DNA of 11,144 nucleotides from an uncultured archaeon (GTDB lineage: Archaea; Asgardarchaeota; Thorarchaeia; Thorarchaeales; Thorarchaeaceae): positions 1 to 11,144 of the forward strand of contig CAZPWM010000103.1 in assembly GCA_964590575.1 (NCBI GenBank), written 5' to 3'. Position 1 is the stretch's first letter. Every line of letters begins with the position of its first letter. A program made the position numbers and the translations under genes. Below the pieces are notes generated by a model. It was not told where the DNA came from, did not search any database, and saw only the letters and a program-made list of their open reading frames with translations. Shown here piece after piece: positions 6,577-11,144 of the stretch.

Positions 6577-7524
6577 TGATTTGCAGAAATCCATTATTAC
6601 CTGAGCGAGCTCTTCGCCCTTGTCCTCCTGAAGAAAATGTCCTGCACCCTTTATGGTTACATGCTCACGGTTCTGTGCTCCAGGAATCATCTTCTGAAAG
6701 TATCTTTCGCCTCCTTTTGTGATTGGATCATTATCACTGAACGCTGTGAGGAATGGTTTCTTCCACTTTGTCAAAACATTGTCCCAGACCTTTCTATTTT
6801 CTGATAATTGTGAAGGAACCAAATATGGAAAGATTCGTGCACCTGCTTTGTACGATGCATCCGGGAAAGGAGCGTCATAAGCTTTCACAACCTCTGGAGA
6901 GAGATTAGTCACTGTCGAAGATTGAATGAGACTACCTATTGGAAGTTCAGGAACTGTCTGTGAGAATGCAACCCATGTCATGAGATTTGGATTCTCTTGG
7001 AATTGTTTTGGTGTCACTGTTCCTAGACGTCTGATTTGAAGCTTGAAGAGGGGGTATCCAATCTTTGCCTTGATTCCCTTTGCTGAAGGCAATCCAGTAT
7101 TTGCAGCAACTATCCTGTCAAATCTCTCCGGATTTTCTCCAACCACACGGAGACCGATCAAACCGCCCCAATCTTGGCAGAACAATGTGATGTTTTGGAG
7201 ATTTAGATGCTTCACAAACTCCACCATTATGTCAACGTGTCTCTGATAGCTATAATCCTTAATTCTTGAGGGTTTATCGGATTTACCAAATCCAACGAGA
7301 TCTGGAGCAATTGTCCGGTATCCAGACTCAACAAGAGGAGGAATCATCTTTCTGTAAAGGTAGCTCCAAGATGGTTCTCCATGCATTAAGAGGATGGGAG
7401 GTGCTTCTTTTGGACCTTCGTTGACGTAATGAATTCTAAGACCATCTATCTCCAGATAGTTTGGTGAAAAATTATAGTCTAGAAGGTTCTCAAAACGGGA
7501 TTCTGGAGTTCGTAGGATAGTCAT
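6571..7524 (-). CDS. Haloalkane dehalogenase, subfamily HLD-I-like (alpha/beta hydrolase)
   Basis: Starts ILRTPESRF and contains HGEPSW, APDLVGFGKSDKP, QDWGG (nucleophile D118 and halide-binding W119), W184, FSDNDPIT (acid D266) and GAGHFLQED (H296). It overlaps the convergent gene by 6 bp. Confidence 0.93.
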   Translation of the reverse strand: MTILRTPESRFENLLDYNFSPNYLEIDGLRIHYVNEGPKEAPPILLMHGEPSWSYLYRKMIPPLVESGYRTIAPDLVGFGKSDKPSRIKDYSYQRHVDIMVEFVKHLNLQNITLFCQDWGGLIGLRVVGENPERFDRIVAANTGLPSAKGIKAKIGYPLFKLQIRRLGTVTPKQFQENPNLMTWVAFSQTVPELPIGSLIQSSTVTNLSPEVVKAYDAPFPDASYKAGARIFPYLVPSQLSENRKVWDNVLTKWKKPFLTAFSDNDPITKGGERYFQKMIPGAQNREHVTIKGAGHFLQEDKGEELAQVIMDFCKSS

Positions 7525-7669
7525 GTCATGGAGATGGCAAAGGAGCTCAATATAGCTTTGCTTTCAATTGGTGTATTTTGAGCGTATGCTAACTTTAATT
7601 TAATTTATTACAAAGTTGACTGAATTTATTGCATTGTTCCAAAATTAATGCGGAATCGGAGGAAAGGAT

Positions 7670-8767
7670 TTGAAAAACAAGAAGCTGAAACTCATCGCAG
7701 TCATCTCGGCCATGGCTATCATGGGTTTGGCGGTTATGGCAGTGGAAACTCCCTTGACACCAGCATTCAATACTCAATTAGAATACTACAATCCAGCAAC
7801 TGCAGTCTGGTCCTATGATTTTGATGATGGAAATCTGTCTGATTGGGCATTCTACGGGAATCAAGGAACCATGCCTTACACTGAAGAAGTTGGCAACTTT
7901 TCAGCAGAGGACGGTGCTTTGAGAGCCACTGGAGATTACTTCAATATCGCAACTGTCAACAGCTCAGTAGCATATGGTACCTGGATGTTTGATGTGGATA
8001 TTGTTGAAACATCGATTCATGAGATCGTCATCTCATTTCTTACGGTCAGCTGGTCTATAGAAGCTAATGGTTTGGAATGCTACTTTCTACAAGCTATTAC
8101 CGGATTGTATGGAACTAGTGCCCAACCGAGATTGCAGGTAGGTAGGGTAATTCCTACATCTGATAGTCCAGCTCCAAGAAGTGTAACTTGGGTTGGGCGT
8201 TATCCCTATGATGACTTACTTGGTTGGAAGAACTTCATTATAACTAGAGAGAGCAACGGTCAGTTTTACATCTACATGAATGAAACCTTGATTATTGGAT
8301 TCAAGGATTCTATGTATACTACATGTAATGAATTCCTTTTTGGAGCAAAAGCAGGACCAGCAATCGATAACATTGTGGTGAGCGATACAGTTGATTTTGA
8401 TGCAGCGCCTCCCGAATTTGACCCAAAGCCAACAGACAAGGTAATAGAACTAGGTCAGGACTTCAGGTACGACCTCAACGCTACGGATTTCTCAGGATTA
8501 GGAACTTGGGCCTTGAATGACACCTCAAACTTTGCCATTGATTCAAATGGAGTGATTACAAACGCTACTGCTCTCACACTTGGTTCATATGGGCTCAATG
8601 TTTCAGTAAGTGACTCGCTTGGTTTCACAAATGCATCAGTATTCAGTGTGACTGTGCAGTCTGTACAAAGTACTGCTCAACCAGATCTCACTCTCTTTGC
8701 TGTTGCAGGTGTCAGTTCTATACTCATAATTGCACTCGTTGTAGTGTTCATGAAGAAGCGGAGGTAA
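7670..8767 (+). CDS. Cell-surface glycoprotein, paralog A: signal peptide, ConA/LamG-like beta-sandwich, cadherin/Ig-like domain, C-terminal TM anchor
   Basis: TTG start after GGAGG. It has a basic then hydrophobic N-terminus, a beta-rich domain from WSYDFDDG to IDNIVVSD, a second domain FRYDLNATD...FAIDSNGVIT...YGLNVSVSD, then a TM helix and KKRR. It carries many N-x-S/T sequons. Fold calls are by eye. Confidence 0.8.
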   Translation: MKNKKLKLIAVISAMAIMGLAVMAVETPLTPAFNTQLEYYNPATAVWSYDFDDGNLSDWAFYGNQGTMPYTEEVGNFSAEDGALRATGDYFNIATVNSSVAYGTWMFDVDIVETSIHEIVISFLTVSWSIEANGLECYFLQAITGLYGTSAQPRLQVGRVIPTSDSPAPRSVTWVGRYPYDDLLGWKNFIITRESNGQFYIYMNETLIIGFKDSMYTTCNEFLFGAKAGPAIDNIVVSDTVDFDAAPPEFDPKPTDKVIELGQDFRYDLNATDFSGLGTWALNDTSNFAIDSNGVITNATALTLGSYGLNVSVSDSLGFTNASVFSVTVQSVQSTAQPDLTLFAVAGVSSILIIALVVVFMKKRR

Positions 8768-8771
8768 GAAT

Positions 8772-9860
8772 TTGAAAAACAAGAGACTGAAACTCATCGC
8801 ACTCGTCTTTGTATTCTTCTTCGTAAGCTCGATCATATCGGTTAAGGAAAGTCCGATGAAGACACTAACTATTATTCCAGTTGAACAACATGAGCCAGCT
8901 ACGGAAGTATGGTCCTATGATTTCGATGATGGCAATATTTCTGAATGGGGTATTTTTGGAATTGGCGGGTATCCCCCTTACGATGTATATCCAGGCAACT
9001 TCTCAGCTGTGGATGGTGCATTGAGATCTACGGGTGTTCAATTCAGTATCGCAGCACTCAACAGGTCAGTAGCATATGGGACGTGGACCTTCGATGTAGA
9101 TGTCGTTGACACATCGATACACGAGATTGTGATTCCATTCATCTCGATTGAATGGGACTTTAGTGTCTGGATGAAACAGACATACTGGCTACAAATAGTA
9201 ACAGGGCAATATGAAGCCAATCCTCAAACAAGATTCCGGGCAGGCAAGAGCTTTCTCTCTGACAGCCCATGGGGACGAACTGCAGTCGAGTTAGCGTCTC
9301 AGGACTACGACGATATATTCGGATGGAAACACATCATTATTACAAGAGATCACACAGGCCAATTTTATGTCTATGTGAATGAAACATTAGTTCTAGGATA
9401 CAAAGATACACAACACACCACATGCAACCAGTTTATCTTTTCGACAAGAGCAGGACCCGCAATAGACAACATAGTTGTGAGTGACACAGTGGACTATGAT
9501 GCAGCCCCACCTGAATGGGACCCAGAACCACCCACAAATCAGGCTATTGTAGTGGGCCAAGACTTCAGATATGACCTCAATGCCACAGACTTCTCTGAAA
9601 TCGGCAGCTGGTCATTGAATGACACGGCAAACTTTGGGATAGATTCCAACGGTGTGATTACCAACACTGTGAATTTAGCACTTGGCACATATGGACTCAA
9701 TGTTTCAGTCAGTGACACGGGAGGGTTCACAAGATCAGCAGTATTCAACGTGATAGTGGAAAGATTGGCTCAACCAGACCTAACTCCCTATGTTCTGGTT
9801 GGAGGTGGAGTCATAGTCGTTATCGTATTAGTTGTAGTCTTCCTCAAGAAGCGAAACTGA
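8772..9860 (+). CDS. Cell-surface glycoprotein, paralog B (tandem duplicate of 7670..8767)
   Basis: TTG start 4 nt after the stop of paralog A, with GGAGGT SD overlapping A's end. It is collinear with A over its full length and ends in a TM helix plus KKRN. Confidence 0.8.
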   Translation: MKNKRLKLIALVFVFFFVSSIISVKESPMKTLTIIPVEQHEPATEVWSYDFDDGNISEWGIFGIGGYPPYDVYPGNFSAVDGALRSTGVQFSIAALNRSVAYGTWTFDVDVVDTSIHEIVIPFISIEWDFSVWMKQTYWLQIVTGQYEANPQTRFRAGKSFLSDSPWGRTAVELASQDYDDIFGWKHIIITRDHTGQFYVYVNETLVLGYKDTQHTTCNQFIFSTRAGPAIDNIVVSDTVDYDAAPPEWDPEPPTNQAIVVGQDFRYDLNATDFSEIGSWSLNDTANFGIDSNGVITNTVNLALGTYGLNVSVSDTGGFTRSAVFNVIVERLAQPDLTPYVLVGGGVIVVIVLVVVFLKKRN

Positions 9861-9880
9861 AATCTAGGAAATACCTAACT

Positions 9881-9898
9881 CGAAAGGGTATAATACCC
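9881..9898 (+). promoter_or_regulatory. Putative BRE/TATA promoter embedded in a perfect palindrome
   Basis: CGAAAG (BRE-like) is followed by GTATAATA. GGGTAT-A-ATACCC spans 9886-9898, about 33 nt upstream of the racemase start. Confidence 0.45.
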
Positions 9899-9930
9899 GA
9901 TAGCCCTCGTCATGATGGAAGGTGTGTCTA

Positions 9931-10674
9931 GTGGAACTGCTCTATCTTATACCCGGTGATGGGATGCCGGATGATGAGATCAAACGACGTGAAGAGGTCA
10001 CGAACTCGCTGGCCAGGTCAGGAACTAAGGTCACAGTTGAAGAGGTCGGAGAAGGACCCCTATCTATTGAATCCGAAATTGAAGTATACATGTCAATCGG
10101 ACCACTGTTAGAGTGGCTCTTCAAACTTCGAAAGGACAACAAGTTCGATGCAATCATCATTGGATGTGCAGGAGACCCTGGACTCGGTGCTGCAAGAGAA
10201 CTGATGGATATTCCAGTCATTGGTCCTGCAGAATCATCTTATCATATCGCATGTATGGTAGCAGATCGTTTCAGTGTGATATCTCCAAAGCAGGCGGGAG
10301 GGCTTGATGTTGCGGACGACATAGTCGCACGTACACGGGAGATGGGCATTAACAGTCGACTGGCTTCGGTTGAGTTCGTAGAAATGCCGATTACGGAGAT
10401 GTGGAGTGACAATCCTAACGCAGTCATCAAGCAGGCCACAATTGCAATCAACAAGGCTAAGAATAATGGAGCAGGCGCTGTGGTCTTGGGTTGTATGTCA
10501 ATGGCATTTCGGACTGCCAACACTACGTGGGATGTAGGAATCCCGGTCATCAATCCACTTAGTGCAGCAATCAAGGTTGCAGAGAGTTTTGTTGATATGG
10601 GCATATCTCAGAGTCGTGTGACATACCCTGCCGCGGACTTCAAGAAGCTTGTAGGTACAATTTTCAAAGAATGA
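9931..10674 (+). CDS. Asp/Glu/hydantoin racemase family protein (hydantoin/allantoin racemase-like)
   Basis: Motifs GPLSIES, DAIIIGCAGDPGLGAARE, IPVIGPAESS, AVVLGCMSMA and IPVINP; both catalytic cysteines are present. I prefer GTG 9931, after AGGTG, over the track's GTG 9922. Confidence 0.9.
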   Translation: MELLYLIPGDGMPDDEIKRREEVTNSLARSGTKVTVEEVGEGPLSIESEIEVYMSIGPLLEWLFKLRKDNKFDAIIIGCAGDPGLGAARELMDIPVIGPAESSYHIACMVADRFSVISPKQAGGLDVADDIVARTREMGINSRLASVEFVEMPITEMWSDNPNAVIKQATIAINKAKNNGAGAVVLGCMSMAFRTANTTWDVGIPVINPLSAAIKVAESFVDMGISQSRVTYPAADFKKLVGTIFKE

Positions 10675-10689
10675 ATGGGAGCGTATAAA

Positions 10690-11144
10690 ATGGGAAGAGG
10701 AAAGAAATACTCGGGCTACAAAGCCTATGATTATCTAGAACCTGGAATTGACTACAAGGAATTCAAGTTCAGGGAAGCAACACCAAAAGACTGGTCATAC
10801 TTAGTCCCGCTCTCAAAGGCTGAAGAGGAGAGGGTAGAAGAGTTCTATGAGAAGAATATCATAATTGACCTTCATGAACATCCAGTGCGATATACTGCCA
10901 ATCAGCGGGACTCTCTTGTTCTCAACAGAGAGGGTAGAGACTTTCTAGCCTATGAGGCTCTGAGTAGGTCGGGGTTGGACTGTGTCTTTGATAACATGAT
11001 GGATGGATCTGCTAACACCACATCCAAACATGGTTGGAAATGGACTGACACTATCCATGACTTGGGTCAGAGACTGTGTGACATCGCACATCAAGATTAT
11101 GTCATTCATTGCAAGACTGTGAAAGACATCCATTACGCGTTTGA
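10690..11144 (+). CDS. Membrane dipeptidase family (peptidase M19, amidohydrolase fold) protein, 3' end truncated by window edge
   Basis: Translated by hand from ATG 10690 and open to the window end: MGRGKKYSGYKAYDYLEPGIDYKEF...KNIIIDLHEHP...YEALSRSGLDCVFDNMMDG...GWKWTDTIHDLGQRLCDIAHQDYVIHCKTVKDIHYAF. It begins 15 nt after the racemase stop. Confidence 0.8.
   Translation, partial: MGRGKKYSGYKAYDYLEPGIDYKEFKFREATPKDWSYLVPLSKAEEERVEEFYEKNIIIDLHEHPVRYTANQRDSLVLNREGRDFLAYEALSRSGLDCVFDNMMDGSANTTSKHGWKWTDTIHDLGQRLCDIAHQDYVIHCKTVKDIHYAF

Larger units (their letters stand above)
7669..9860 (+). repeat. Diverged tandem gene duplication (two units of about 1.1 kb)
   Basis: Both units begin TTTGAAAAACAAGA(AG/GA)CTGAAACTCATCGCA (7669 and 8771). 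They share blocks such as TGGTCCTATGATTT, TCAGTAGCATATGG, GGGCTCAATGTTTCAGT/GGACTCAATGTTTCAGT and GCTCAACCAGA. Confidence 0.85.

Noticed and set aside
6191-7777. Track ORFs 6191..6550, 7043..7246 and 7595..7777
   Set aside because: They are off-frame or antisense to the deoxyribosyltransferase, dehalogenase and surface-protein genes.
7670-9860. Diversity-generating retroelement (VR/TR pair) as an explanation for the duplicated surface genes
   Set aside because: Both copies are full intact genes, differences involve all four bases rather than adenines only, and no reverse transcriptase is in the window.
8636-11133. Track ORFs 8636..8836, 9038..9220, 9539..9748, 9942..10220, 10113..10307, 10242..10604 and 10945..11133
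   Set aside because: They are shadows of the surface proteins, racemase and dipeptidase.
1-11144. CRISPR array, tRNA/rRNA, IS element or recognisable anti-phage system
   Set aside because: I saw no regularly spaced repeats, cloverleaf or rRNA signatures, transposase or integrase motifs, or defence-type domains by eye.

Overview
Archaeal-looking, gene-dense window of mostly metabolic and cell-surface genes. An Asgard archaeon (Thorarchaeia-like) is my best guess, inferred from GGAGG/GAGGTG Shine-Dalgarno sites, TATA/BRE-like promoters and sequon-rich surface proteins ending in a TM helix plus basic tail; no marker gene is present to confirm this. From left to right: a minus-strand run of a secreted, membrane-anchored class C beta-lactamase-family serine hydrolase (missing from the ORF track, runs off the left edge), a flavodoxin, an LCM/TIGR00027-type methyltransferase with an extra C-terminal domain and a TehB-like methyltransferase. 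Then come a divergent 178-aa protein possibly related to ARPP-1, a 4-TM protein, a stand-alone Lrp/AsnC ligand-binding domain and a small Cys/His protein. Next are a cryptic CxxC...CxxC reading frame broken by in-frame TAG and TGA and overlapping the start of a nucleoside 2-deoxyribosyltransferase, a haloalkane dehalogenase with an enlarged cap, two tandem paralogous surface glycoproteins with variable loops, an Asp/Glu/hydantoin racemase and an M19 dipeptidase (missing from the track, runs off the right edge). I saw no rRNA, tRNA, CRISPR array or mobile element, and no single new multi-gene system is proven. The best leads are the stop-interrupted zinc-finger frame, the diversified surface-protein pair and a possible D-amino-acid/peptide scavenging theme.
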